Origin: a virus
Taxonomy: Duplodnaviria > Caudoviricetes
Length of the DNA: 25,208 nucleotides
IMG/VR virus record: IMGVR_UViG_3300017747_001595
Span: 1 to 25,208 of that record
Direction: 5' to 3' (one strand)
This document shows positions 1-8,393 of the stretch, piece by piece. How positions within the stretch are numbered: the stretch's first letter is position 1; every line of letters starts with the position of its first letter. Position numbers and translations under genes: made by a program. The notes under the pieces are model-generated. The model searched no databases. It was not told where the DNA came from and saw nothing but the letters and a program-made list of their open reading frames with translations.

Positions 1-734
1 GCCGTTAAGTCACGTTTTGACCACCGAGTCATCACGATTATGATGGAACCACCTGGTTGTAGACGCTGACGAGGACCAGATGTATACCACTCGTACACTT
101 TGTCGTACACCTCTGGGTTACTTTCCGCTAATGTCGCCTCTTGTTCCGAATGAGGGTCGTCAATAATGAGGACGTCCGCGCCTTTACCTGTAACAGCGCC
201 ACCCACACCAATAGCAAAATAATCTCCGCCACGGTTAGTTGCCCAGCGTCCGGCCGCCTTCGAATCAGACTGAAGGCCGACTCCAGGAAATATCGATTTG
301 TAGACATCAGAATCCACCAAGTTACGTACTTTTCGGCCAAAGCCCACGGCCAGTTCTGCGGTATGGGAGGTCTGGATGACCTTTTTCTGTGGAAATTTAC
401 CCAAGAACCAAGCAGGTAGAAGATAACTCGCAAACTCAGATTTTGTATGACGAGGAGGCATATTAATAATAAGTCTCTTAATCTCACCCCTAGCCACCCT
501 TTCGAACGCATGTGCCATGTCCTTGTGGTGTCGACCCCCAATGAATGTGGGCCACACTTTATTCACGAAGTCCATGAAGTTGTCTTGCGCGTTTTCTTTT
601 GTTTTGAGATTCTCAAGCTCTGTGAGCTCTTCTAACAGCCGTGCCTTCTCTTCTTCACTTAGCAAGTGAATGACTTTATTAATGTCTTTCAAACTGACAT
701 TTAAGTCTTTAGCTATCGAATTAAGGATTGCCAT
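1..734 (-). CDS. terL: Terminase large subunit, N-terminal ATPase part (truncated by window edge)
   Basis: Manual translation from ATG at 734 is open to the edge: MAILNSIAKD...KRLIINMPPRHTKSE (Walker A-like)...GVGGAVTGKGADVLIIDDPH (Walker B)...IIIVMTRW. Not in the ORF track because there is no stop in the window. Confidence 0.95.
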   Translation of the reverse strand, partial: MAILNSIAKDLNVSLKDINKVIHLLSEEEKARLLEELTELENLKTKENAQDNFMDFVNKVWPTFIGGRHHKDMAHAFERVARGEIKRLIINMPPRHTKSEFASYLLPAWFLGKFPQKKVIQTSHTAELAVGFGRKVRNLVDSDVYKSIFPGVGLQSDSKAAGRWATNRGGDYFAIGVGGAVTGKGADVLIIDDPHSEQEATLAESNPEVYDKVYEWYTSGPRQRLQPGGSIIIVMTRWSKRDLT

Positions 735-1329
735 TAGTGTCGTCTATCGCCTTCGGTTTCTCCGATACCGCCACGCCCAGCACATCATCTAGAACTTCCG
801 CCGTTGGTGTGATGGGTTCCACGTCTATCACGTCTGTCTTTAGCAAACGTTTAATCTTCTCTTTAATCGCGGTTTCCAAGTCTTCACTGTTCTTATATTT
901 AACAGTCACTTCACTGCGCTCTGTGAACAGGGCTATATCCGAATGTTTACCTAACAATTCGAGTGCCTTAAGCTCAAACCTAGGGTCACCACAGTTAGCT
1001 AGTTCTAATAACTTATTAGTTAATGCAGCTCGTACATCTGATACATCTGCTGCCAACCGTGCGCTATATGTACGAAGAAACTCACGTGCAGCAAATGCCG
1101 CCCCTGGGGTGGTTAGCGCTTTAGGGTCTTGATTCTTAACTGCTTTATCAATGAGGTTAGCTGCCGCTTGGGCATCTTCTGTGCTCATTTCTGGGGGTCC
1201 GCCCAAGGCCTCAAGCAAGTCTGCTGTGTTAGCAGCAATCGCTAAGTCTTCGGCAAAAGAAGAGGTGTCCGGCTTATCGTCGGAATATGGGACAGGCTTG
1301 TCCTTATCAGGTTCTATTTGAATACTCAT
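721..1329 (-). CDS. Probable terminase small subunit
   Basis: 202-aa helical ORF directly upstream of terL, overlapping it by 14 nt. The call rests mainly on position. Confidence 0.55.
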   Translation of the reverse strand: MSIQIEPDKDKPVPYSDDKPDTSSFAEDLAIAANTADLLEALGGPPEMSTEDAQAAANLIDKAVKNQDPKALTTPGAAFAAREFLRTYSARLAADVSDVRAALTNKLLELANCGDPRFELKALELLGKHSDIALFTERSEVTVKYKNSEDLETAIKEKIKRLLKTDVIDVEPITPTAEVLDDVLGVAVSEKPKAIDDTNGNP

Positions 1330-1665
1330 GCAGGGCGAATCGGGTGCGCTCCAGTTGTTTGATGTGAGTATATACAGATTTTTAAAAAGTGCAAAACTTT
1401 TTGTGGGGTGGGGGTACTAATACTAGATTGTAAAAATGCGAAGTTTAACGTTTACAGGATATTTAGCGTCGCCGAGCCGACGTTCGTACTTTCCCCCCGT
1501 TTGCTCACTCTCACATAAGCAAAATTAGTTTATCAAAAATATACCCCCCGTGCATGGGACCCTAAATAAAAAGATAGGGGGTGGGTTCGCTTAACTGGGA
1601 AACTGGGAAATCTGTGGATATTCAAGTAGGGGTAGGGGGTTAAGTAGGCCGCGCTAAGCAAAAAT

Positions 1666-1701
1666 GGTAACTTTGGTAACCCTGGTAACTTCGGTAACTT
1701 T
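1666..1701. repeat. Tandem 4 x 9 bp repeat GGTAACYYY
   Basis: ggtaacttt ggtaaccct ggtaacttc ggtaacttt at 1666, 1675, 1684 and 1693. AACTGGGA also occurs twice at 1593-1608. Confidence 0.9.
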
Positions 1702-1843
1702 TTTAAAGTTGTGTATCTAATGTGCAAATTAGTGAGTAATAGGCAGTAGGAGTCCCATTCTACAAATGTGGGGGGCGGGGTATCAGCTTTGCAAATCATA
1801 TAACAATGTTATGGATAGGGGGTTAAATATTCTTTCCATCAAT

Positions 1844-1873
1844 TTGTATTTTGTAAAACAATCTGACTATAAT
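1844..1873 (+). promoter_or_regulatory. Putative sigma70 promoter P1
   Basis: TTGTAT-18 bp-TATAAT upstream of the first + strand gene. Confidence 0.55.
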
Positions 1874-2049
1874 GACAGCGAGCGCCACAGATTACAGCGC
1901 TTTATAAAATGTAATCGGCGCTGATTCTAAGACACTAGATATATGCGCTGACCGCTTTGACCTAGGGGGTGACAGCTCTAGCGAGTGCGAAGTTAGATAG
2001 CGATATCTTGTTCTTATTCTTTCTTAACCCTTTAGGAGTTTTATCAATC

Positions 2050-2580
2050 ATGGAAAATATCCATACAGTAGTAAGCCCAGTAGATTTAGAAGCCCAAATC
2101 ACAGAAGCCCGCCATGCGGTCACCGATTCATTACGTGGCAGTTTCGGCGCACAGAAGCGTTATGCTTCACTGTTGAATCAGAAGTTTGAATTCAATTGGT
2201 TTGATGTTAAGCACACCGACATCACTGATGAGGGTAAGGCAGTGCGTAAAGAGAAAGAAGCTTTCTTCGGTGAGCTCAAGGCTATCAACCACTCTAACCC
2301 TAGCAAGATTTGGAAAGACGTTAGAGAGTATGGTAGAGCCGAGCGCTTCCCTCAAGAGAAGAAGCTCGATGCTGAAGGTAATGAGATTACCGAAGTAGAA
2401 GAAGGTAAGAGCGGTGCGAATCATAACCGCTCACCAATGCTTCGCAACGTGGAAGAATTGACAGCCTTGTGGAAGTTTAACAAGCGCCAAGAATCTATCC
2501 CTGATAACCTACAGAAAGCCACTGTGAAAATCGGTGAAGCTTTGCAGGCTTTGGGTGTGAATCTGTCAATGATTCAGTAA
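2050..2580 (+). CDS. Hypothetical early protein, paralog A (176 aa)
   Basis: RBS AGGAG before ATG 2050, preferred to the track's GTG at 1969. Clearly homologous to 3290..3796. Confidence 0.85.
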   Translation: MENIHTVVSPVDLEAQITEARHAVTDSLRGSFGAQKRYASLLNQKFEFNWFDVKHTDITDEGKAVRKEKEAFFGELKAINHSNPSKIWKDVREYGRAERFPQEKKLDAEGNEITEVEEGKSGANHNRSPMLRNVEELTALWKFNKRQESIPDNLQKATVKIGEALQALGVNLSMIQ

Positions 2581-2584
2581 TCAC

Positions 2585-2607
2585 ATGGGGGGCTGACAAC
2601 CCCCCAT
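2585..2607 (+). terminator. GC hairpin after paralog A (weak terminator or processing/stability stem)
   Basis: ATGGGGGG-CTGACAA-CCCCCCAT followed by an imperfect U tract, tactttct. Confidence 0.5.
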
Positions 2608-2626
2608 TACTTTCTTAGGAGTAAGT

Positions 2627-2812
2627 ATGAATCAAGGTTTAGTTTATTGGGAAGATAACGAGCTCTGTTTTTATTTGCCTTACTTTGATTGTGACAGAAA
2701 AGAGCGCTGGCATATTAAAAGAGCCGAGTATCACTTAGAGCAGTTAGAGCGCTTGTTTGAAATAAATCAAGCTTGCTGTCCTACAGAATTACATAGGGAG
2801 TTTTTTATATGA
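2627..2812 (+). CDS. Hypothetical protein (61 aa)
   Basis: AGGAG RBS upstream; ATGA overlap with the next ORF. Confidence 0.7.
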   Translation: MNQGLVYWEDNELCFYLPYFDCDRKERWHIKRAEYHLEQLERLFEINQACCPTELHREFFI

Positions 2813-2949
2813 AATATCCAGTATCAATTTTTGATATACAAAAAGATTTAAAAGTTTGGGGCTTTTGGTTTGTTGTTTATCAGCATGGTTTTACCCCTCG
2901 CACACTATGGCTTATCTTTGTAGCTAAGCGCATGACACCCGCCTTCTAA
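2809..2949 (+). CDS. Small hypothetical protein (46 aa, MKYPVSIFDIQKDLKVWGFWF...)
   Basis: GGGAG RBS, ATGA coupling, ends just before a terminator. Below the track's length cutoff. Confidence 0.65.
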   Translation: MKYPVSIFDIQKDLKVWGFWFVVYQHGFTPRTLWLIFVAKRMTPAF

Positions 2950-2951
2950 TC

Positions 2952-2980
2952 AAGCCCGCCATGTGCGGGCTTTTTTTATT
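2952..2980 (+). terminator. Rho-independent terminator
   Basis: AAGCCCGC-CATGT-GCGGGCTT followed by a T run. Confidence 0.9.
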
Positions 2981-3175
2981 TCCAAAATTATGGGCGCCGA
3001 TTAACAATGTTATGACGTGCCCAAAGTGATAGTTCTCAGGGACGCGAAAGGTTGCACATTCTTTTGTCGCATCACGCAAGGGGAACATGATAGTTCTAAG
3101 GGACGCAAGACGCTAAAACATGAACCTAACAATGTTATACAGTTTTGAAATTTTTTGAATTTCTTTCCAAAAAAC

Positions 3176-3204
3176 TTGATTAAGCCACTATTTTGTTATA
3201 CAAT
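3176..3204 (+). promoter_or_regulatory. Putative sigma70 promoter P2
   Basis: TTGATT-17 bp-TACAAT with an A-rich upstream tract. Confidence 0.7.
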
Positions 3205-3289
3205 TAAGTATAGTAAAAAATTGCAGTAAAGGCTTAGTTGGGTCGCCTGTTTAAAGCATCTAACAATGTTATATGGAGTTTTAATCAAA

Positions 3290-3796
3290 ATGAATACATT
3301 AAATAACGAAGTGTTGAATGACGAAATCGCTATTGCTATGGATAGCGTAGTAGATAGCGTTAAAGGTTCTTATGGTTCACAGGTTCGCCTAGCTAGCTTG
3401 CTCAATCAGAAATACGAGTTCAATTGGTTTGATGTGAAACATACCGATACCTCAGACGAGGGCAAGCAAGTTCGCAAGGACAAGGAAACCTTGTTCACGA
3501 AACTCAAGGCGATTGACCATTCTAACCCTAGCAAGATATGGGCAGATGTTCGTAAGTATGCTCGCCTTGAGAGATACCCTGAGGTTAAAGAAGAGGGCGA
3601 AGTTCAAGAGGGCGAACAAGGCGAAAGTGGTGCGAACCACAATCGTAGCCCAATGTTGCGAACAGTTGAGGAATTGACTGCTTTGTATAAATTCCTAAAA
3701 CGCCAAGAAAACCTAGACCCAAAACTCAATGGTGCATTGTTGCATATTGGCAAGGCTCTTGAGGAATGTGGCGTCAAGTTGAATATGATTCAATAA
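3290..3796 (+). CDS. Hypothetical early protein, paralog B (168 aa)
   Basis: GGAG RBS before ATG 3290. Shares ASLLNQK.EFNWFDVKHTD, HSNPSKIW and SGANHNRSPMLR.VEELTAL with paralog A. Confidence 0.85.
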   Translation: MNTLNNEVLNDEIAIAMDSVVDSVKGSYGSQVRLASLLNQKYEFNWFDVKHTDTSDEGKQVRKDKETLFTKLKAIDHSNPSKIWADVRKYARLERYPEVKEEGEVQEGEQGESGANHNRSPMLRTVEELTALYKFLKRQENLDPKLNGALLHIGKALEECGVKLNMIQ

Positions 3797-3815
3797 GACC
3801 TACTACGCTAGGGAT

Positions 3816-3844
3816 AAGGGAGACCTGAGGGTCTCCCTTTTTTT
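3816..3844 (+). terminator. Rho-independent terminator
   Basis: AAGGGAGACC-TGAG-GGTCTCCCTT followed by a T run. Confidence 0.9.
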
Positions 3845-4365
3845 GTCCTAATTTTTTATGACCTAACATTGTTATACAATGTTCAAATTGTAAGAGGGGG
3901 AAGTGATAGTTCTAGGGGACGCAAGACGCAAAAACTAATGTTAGAAATGTTTGTTGGGAATGCTTTGCAATTTTCTAACATTACGCCTAATAAAATCAAG
4001 GACTTACACCTAATGTTAGAAATGCAAAAACGAATTCTAACATTATAAAAACCTTTGTAATCATGAAGTTACAAGCGATTGTTATACAAAGTGAGAAAAA
4101 CCCGAAAAATTGAGAGTGCAAGTTCTCAAAAGACCCCCTACACGCAGTGCAATCCCCCAAGCAAGAAAACTCTCAGGGGGGTATATAATTTTTCTAACAT
4201 TATAACATTATAACAATACACCCTACACAATTGATTTTATTGACTTTCTATTGTTAGAATTACTTTTTACACTTTCTAACATTATAACAATACATTTCTC
4301 ACTCTGTATAACATTGTTAGGATTATTGCCGTATACCCAAGTTCTGAAACCTCTCCGAAGAAAAC

Positions 4366-4394
4366 TTGAACTGACTACTTTTATGTGTTACAAT
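4366..4394 (+). promoter_or_regulatory. Putative sigma70 promoter P3 (extended -10)
   Basis: TTGAAC-17 bp-TACAAT, with TGn immediately before the -10. Confidence 0.75.
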
Positions 4395-4467
4395 TAGGTA
4401 TGTGAAAAAATAAAAATTTATGTGGGCTTTTTGTTTTCTTAATGTAGTTTCTCAGGAGTGTATAACA

Positions 4468-4557
4468 ATGTTAGATAAAGTCTTAGTAGTCCTTGCTTTC
4501 ATAGTCGCACCCATTTATTTCGTGGGTCATATTTTCTTTTACTTATTTAGGGGGTAA
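4468..4557 (+). CDS. Small membrane peptide (29 aa, MLDKVLVVLAFIVAPIYFVGHIFFYLFRG)
   Basis: AGGAG RBS; one hydrophobic segment; first ORF after P3. Confidence 0.6.
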   Translation: MLDKVLVVLAFIVAPIYFVGHIFFYLFRG

Positions 4558-4559
4558 TC

Positions 4560-4871
4560 ATGGGCAGAGTAAAACATCAGATGATGGAAGAATCACAAGC
4601 ACAAAATCGTTTCAACTTTCTTGACGAGCAAGAGTGCAATCGTATTGCGTATAACAATGTTAGGTCTGAGGAATCAACCACTCAACGCATTGCTAAAGCA
4701 TGGGTAGCACACGCCACAATCAACAAGCTAAAACATAACACAGAAAAGCGTAGACAAGCCCAATACTATTTCGTATCAGGTGCAGTATCCATGCTTGACC
4801 GAGTGCCTATGTTGATTAGTTTGTGCCTTGCATCAGGTCGTGATTTAGAGTCAGTTATTCAGAGAGGCTAA
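4560..4871 (+). CDS. Hypothetical protein (103 aa)
   Basis: ORF in a tightly packed operon with a GGGGT RBS-like sequence. Confidence 0.75.
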   Translation: MGRVKHQMMEESQAQNRFNFLDEQECNRIAYNNVRSEESTTQRIAKAWVAHATINKLKHNTEKRRQAQYYFVSGAVSMLDRVPMLISLCLASGRDLESVIQRG

Positions 4872-4873
4872 CA

Positions 4874-5065
4874 ATGTTAGACAAAATAAAAATAGTAGCT
4901 GAGCAGAATGGCATTTACACACACGCCATTCGTTATGTCAGCGATGAGGACTGCCCTGTGAGTTTTCAAGTAGTTGCAACAGACGAGCTTGATGCTTTCA
5001 TGCAGTGGACTGAATATATGTTAGGAGAGGTGAACCATGCTTTATCCCTTGCAGACAGAGGTTGA
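4874..5065 (+). CDS. Hypothetical protein (63 aa)
   Basis: GAGG RBS; starts 2 nt after the previous stop. Confidence 0.7.
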   Translation: MLDKIKIVAEQNGIYTHAIRYVSDEDCPVSFQVVATDELDAFMQWTEYMLGEVNHALSLADRG

Positions 5066-5261
5066 TGACCACGAGTGTGGTTGTGGTGAGCTTATTGAAG
5101 AAGGGCGGTGGGACATTGGCTACCGAGTATGTCTTGGGTGCGGTGATTCCATAGCCAAGCAGAAGAAGTGGACTGTTGCTATTCCATATAGCAAGGGTGC
5201 ATATCAGCTTATCCACGACCCGAAAGATTTATTTTTTACTAACCCGAAAAGGACAACATGA
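5037..5261 (+). CDS. Small C4 zinc-finger protein (TraR/DksA-like finger spacing)
   Basis: ECGCGELIEEGR...YRVCLGCG; GAGGTG RBS. Confidence 0.6.
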   Translation: MLYPLQTEVDDHECGCGELIEEGRWDIGYRVCLGCGDSIAKQKKWTVAIPYSKGAYQLIHDPKDLFFTNPKRTT

Positions 5262-5434
5262 CAGAGTATTACCGAGGGGAACGAGTGGCGGACTTACTGA
5301 AACGAATTGAGGAGTTGAAAGCTATCCTTGATGAGAACGCACACTTAGAACCTGACCCTCTTAGGATTGTTTCAGCATACGCAGACTTGGCAATTGCCAA
5401 GGCTAAATTTACGGCATTGAAAGGTGAGAAATGA
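5258..5434 (+). CDS. Hypothetical protein (58 aa, MTEYYRGERVADLLKRIEEL...)
   Basis: ATGA overlaps at both ends; AGGA RBS. Below the track cutoff. Confidence 0.7.
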   Translation: MTEYYRGERVADLLKRIEELKAILDENAHLEPDPLRIVSAYADLAIAKAKFTALKGEK

Positions 5435-5562
5435 ACATAGATGTATTGATTACTTTGGTTGGTGGCTTTATCTTGGGCTACCTATTGGGAGTTAGGGTCA
5501 CGAGGTATCGTGTCATAACATTGTTAGAACGCATGAAGAAGGAGTATTTCAATGGGTTATAG
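5431..5562 (+). CDS. Small membrane protein (43 aa, MNIDVLITLVGGFILGYLLG...)
   Basis: ATGA coupling; N-terminal hydrophobic helix with GxxxG. Confidence 0.65.
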   Translation: MNIDVLITLVGGFILGYLLGVRVTRYRVITLLERMKKEYFNGL

Positions 5563-6055
5563 AAGTCAGGTTGCTTGTTGTATCAGCGTAGATGTAGAAC
5601 GCAGAGAGATACCGAACCGCACAGATGTGAACGGCGAACCGAAGTATGAGTTTGTTTACGATAAGGACAAGTTCAAGCAGATGATTGGGTTCATCAAGCT
5701 CTCTAGGTTTTGGGAGTTGTGGCAAAACAGTTCAGACCAAGACGCAATTGGTTGGCGTAATGGCAGGTTCATTATGTATGGTGCTGATTGGAAATGGTAT
5801 CCCGACTATGAAGATGTCAAAGAGTTTCACAAGATGTTCAATCAGTTGGGTGAGATTGAAGGAATCTCAGGATACTTTTTGCGAGTGGGCGAAGAGATGC
5901 GTGATGTGGAAGAAGAACAGTTTGGCGATGACCCATGCTATGACTACTTCCATGCGTTTTCCGCTATGGACTTTCAAGGTGAAGATTATTTAGGAAAGAG
6001 AGAAACAGATGATGAAGAACCGCAAGCACAAGATGCGATTGCAACGCAGTCTTAA
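5552..6055 (+). CDS. Hypothetical acidic protein (167 aa)
   Basis: AAGGAG RBS; long ORF in the operon. Confidence 0.8.
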   Translation: MGYRSQVACCISVDVERREIPNRTDVNGEPKYEFVYDKDKFKQMIGFIKLSRFWELWQNSSDQDAIGWRNGRFIMYGADWKWYPDYEDVKEFHKMFNQLGEIEGISGYFLRVGEEMRDVEEEQFGDDPCYDYFHAFSAMDFQGEDYLGKRETDDEEPQAQDAIATQS

Positions 6056-6170
6056 TGTTAGAAAAGTTAGACAAGCACAACGATTTGCACAATCTAACAT
6101 TGTTAGGCGTAGCGTAGTAGTGGCAACAGATTAACACTAGCTCATGTAGCTCATTTAAAGAGAGGAAATT

Positions 6171-7124
6171 ATGTTCGGATATAGTAGGAACTCAGGTATC
6201 TCATGGTTCAGAGATTATGGTGATGCACTGCACAAGTATGAAAGCACGACAGATATTCGTGGCAGAACCGAAGAACCAAAGCGACCACTAGGGCATCGCA
6301 AGAGTGTGGATATGTATTCCATCGTGAAGTTGGATAACGGCGACATTCAATGTGTGCTTTACCAAACGCCTGTGATTACTTTCCATACGGATAACACAGT
6401 AAGCATAAAAGATGGCAGTTGGGCTAGTCAGACTACGGCTAACTTCATACCTGAGGTGATGGGTGGTGATGTGTATGCACGAGTGTTCAACGCCAAGATA
6501 TGCTTGACTGTTTGTGGTGATGATTACTTTCTACCTAGCGAGGGACTAAAGCTAAGCAAGACCGAGCAAGGCAATTGGCAAGTGGACAATCCACCTAACA
6601 ATGTTATCCACCACATAAATCGTAAGGCATCGCAGTTAGCACTAGCCAAGTATGAGGATTTCTTTAACTATCTGGAACGCATGATGAAGTTGCGGTTTGA
6701 TGGTGAGAGAGCAGTCTTTTGTGAGGAAGAGTATGTGCATACCTTCGGTGAGCTGAAAGATGGGACTAACTACATGGGTAGAAGTGATTGCGTGTTGAAC
6801 ACTGCCTATCAGGGAACGCACTTGGGTAAGTTCAAAGAATATATTACTGATACTTCAGAGGCTCAGCATATGAGCTACTACAAGGCTATGCTTACCCTAG
6901 TAAACACAGTGGCTTGGATTGATTGGCATTCGCAACAACGCCGAATGAAACGAGTGCATTGGGATAAAGCATTCAACGAGTTGAAGAATTTTATATGGGG
7001 TTTGCATCGTGACGAGGTGTTCAAGGAAGTGCCTGTCGCAAATGGCGTGGTCAAGCGAGATGCCTATGGGCGGTTCTTCAGCGGTGGTTGGAACACATAC
7101 CATGCGAATAACATTGTTAGGTAG
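6171..7124 (+). CDS. Hypothetical protein (317 aa)
   Basis: GAGGA RBS; long ORF with no motif I recognise. Confidence 0.85.
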   Translation: MFGYSRNSGISWFRDYGDALHKYESTTDIRGRTEEPKRPLGHRKSVDMYSIVKLDNGDIQCVLYQTPVITFHTDNTVSIKDGSWASQTTANFIPEVMGGDVYARVFNAKICLTVCGDDYFLPSEGLKLSKTEQGNWQVDNPPNNVIHHINRKASQLALAKYEDFFNYLERMMKLRFDGERAVFCEEEYVHTFGELKDGTNYMGRSDCVLNTAYQGTHLGKFKEYITDTSEAQHMSYYKAMLTLVNTVAWIDWHSQQRRMKRVHWDKAFNELKNFIWGLHRDEVFKEVPVANGVVKRDAYGRFFSGGWNTYHANNIVR

Positions 7125-7148
7125 TTATGAAACCACTCAGAAGAATAC

Positions 7149-7177
7149 TTGACTTTGTCAGTATTGTGTGTTACAAT
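7149..7177 (+). promoter_or_regulatory. Putative sigma70 promoter P4 (extended -10), with palindrome TTGACTTTGTCA over the -35
   Basis: TTGACT-17 bp-TACAAT with TGn. Confidence 0.8.
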
Positions 7178-7306
7178 ATAGTATATATTGATGATGGGAG
7201 TTTTTCATTACTTAAGTTATGAATCACATAACATTGTTATATGTAGTGCAGTAGTAGTAAGTATCTTAACCATACAGCAACAAGTTCTTAATATAAGGAA
7301 AAGCAA

Positions 7307-8374
7307 ATGAGTGAATTAAATTTTGGTAAAACAATTACATTGAAACAAGCAAGTCAAATGATTCTTGCCACACCACAGAATCGCTACTTACTACAAGGCG
7401 AGCCTGGGATTGGCAAATCCTCTCTGCTTAAGACGCTATCCGCAAGTCTGCCTGACCATGAGGTGTCATATATTGATGTGCCTAACATGGACTTGGGCGA
7501 TATTGCCATGCCTGTTATCAACCATGAAACCAAGACTACTGCCTACTACCCTAACACTAGATTCAAAGTGCATACGGGCAAACCTGTCATAACAATGTTA
7601 GATGAGTTCACGAAGGGTGCTGAGCCTGTGAAGAATATGTTGCACCCATTACTTGAGGTAGCGAACCCAAGACTAGGTGATGTATCAGTTCACCCTGAGT
7701 CAATTATCTTTCTGACAGGCAACCTAGGCACAGATGGAGTAGGCGATACCCTGAAAGCTCATAGCCGTAATCGTGTTATTCCACTAACCATAAGCAAGCC
7801 TGATGCAGACCAATGGATTGAGTGGGCTATCAATAACGACATAGCACCTGAGGTTATTGCGTGGGTCAAGCAGTTCCCCCATGCACTAGCAAGCTATACA
7901 GACCCAAGCCAAGCAGACAATCCGTATATCTACAACCCAAAGAAGATGCAGACCGCATTCGTATCGCCTCGTTCACTTGAGAGAGTATCTAACATTGTTA
8001 AGGTGCGTTCACAAATTGATACCGATACTTTGATATGTGCAATGACAGGAGCAGTGGGGGAGTCCGCATCACGAGATATGCAAGCATACATTGACTATGC
8101 AGACCAGCTACCTGTTTGGGAATCTGTAATCAAAGACCCTAAGAATGCGAAAGTTCCTGAGAGTGCAGGTGCTAGTGCGATTGTGGTATTCGGTGCGATT
8201 ACTAAGATTGACAAGACAACCATTACTCCATTCATGACTTACTTGGAAAGGTTTGAACCTGAGTGGCAAGCGTGCTTTGCAATCAATGTGGCTAAGTCAC
8301 CGACTAAGCAAGCGGTGGCATTCAGTTCCGCTAAGTTCGCTGATTGGGTTCAGAAGAATGAAGATTTACTTTAA
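7307..8374 (+). CDS. MoxR-like AAA+ ATPase
   Basis: Walker A GEPGIGKS, Walker B ITMLDE, sensor-1 LTGN, sensor-2-like SPRS. Adjacent to a vWA gene. Confidence 0.85.
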   Translation: MSELNFGKTITLKQASQMILATPQNRYLLQGEPGIGKSSLLKTLSASLPDHEVSYIDVPNMDLGDIAMPVINHETKTTAYYPNTRFKVHTGKPVITMLDEFTKGAEPVKNMLHPLLEVANPRLGDVSVHPESIIFLTGNLGTDGVGDTLKAHSRNRVIPLTISKPDADQWIEWAINNDIAPEVIAWVKQFPHALASYTDPSQADNPYIYNPKKMQTAFVSPRSLERVSNIVKVRSQIDTDTLICAMTGAVGESASRDMQAYIDYADQLPVWESVIKDPKNAKVPESAGASAIVVFGAITKIDKTTITPFMTYLERFEPEWQACFAINVAKSPTKQAVAFSSAKFADWVQKNEDLL

Positions 8375-8393
8375 TAGTTAAAGGGATATAACA

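Larger units (their letters stand above)
3027..3929 (+). repeat. Direct repeat TGATAGTTCT(N)RGGGACGC, 3 copies
   Basis: Copies at 3027-3045, 3088-3106 and 3904-3922. The last two extend with AAGACGC. Confidence 0.85.

Noticed and set aside
128-635. Track ORFs 128..541(-), 141..419(+) and 447..635(+), suggesting a fragmented or frameshifted gene
   Set aside because: They are shadows of an intact terL frame (734 to the edge) that the track omits only because it has no stop in the window.
1533-1799. 88-aa minus-strand ORF with KLPKLPGLPKLP
   Set aside because: It is a translation of the 9-bp DNA tandem repeat and G/C tracts, with no RBS or protein-like features.
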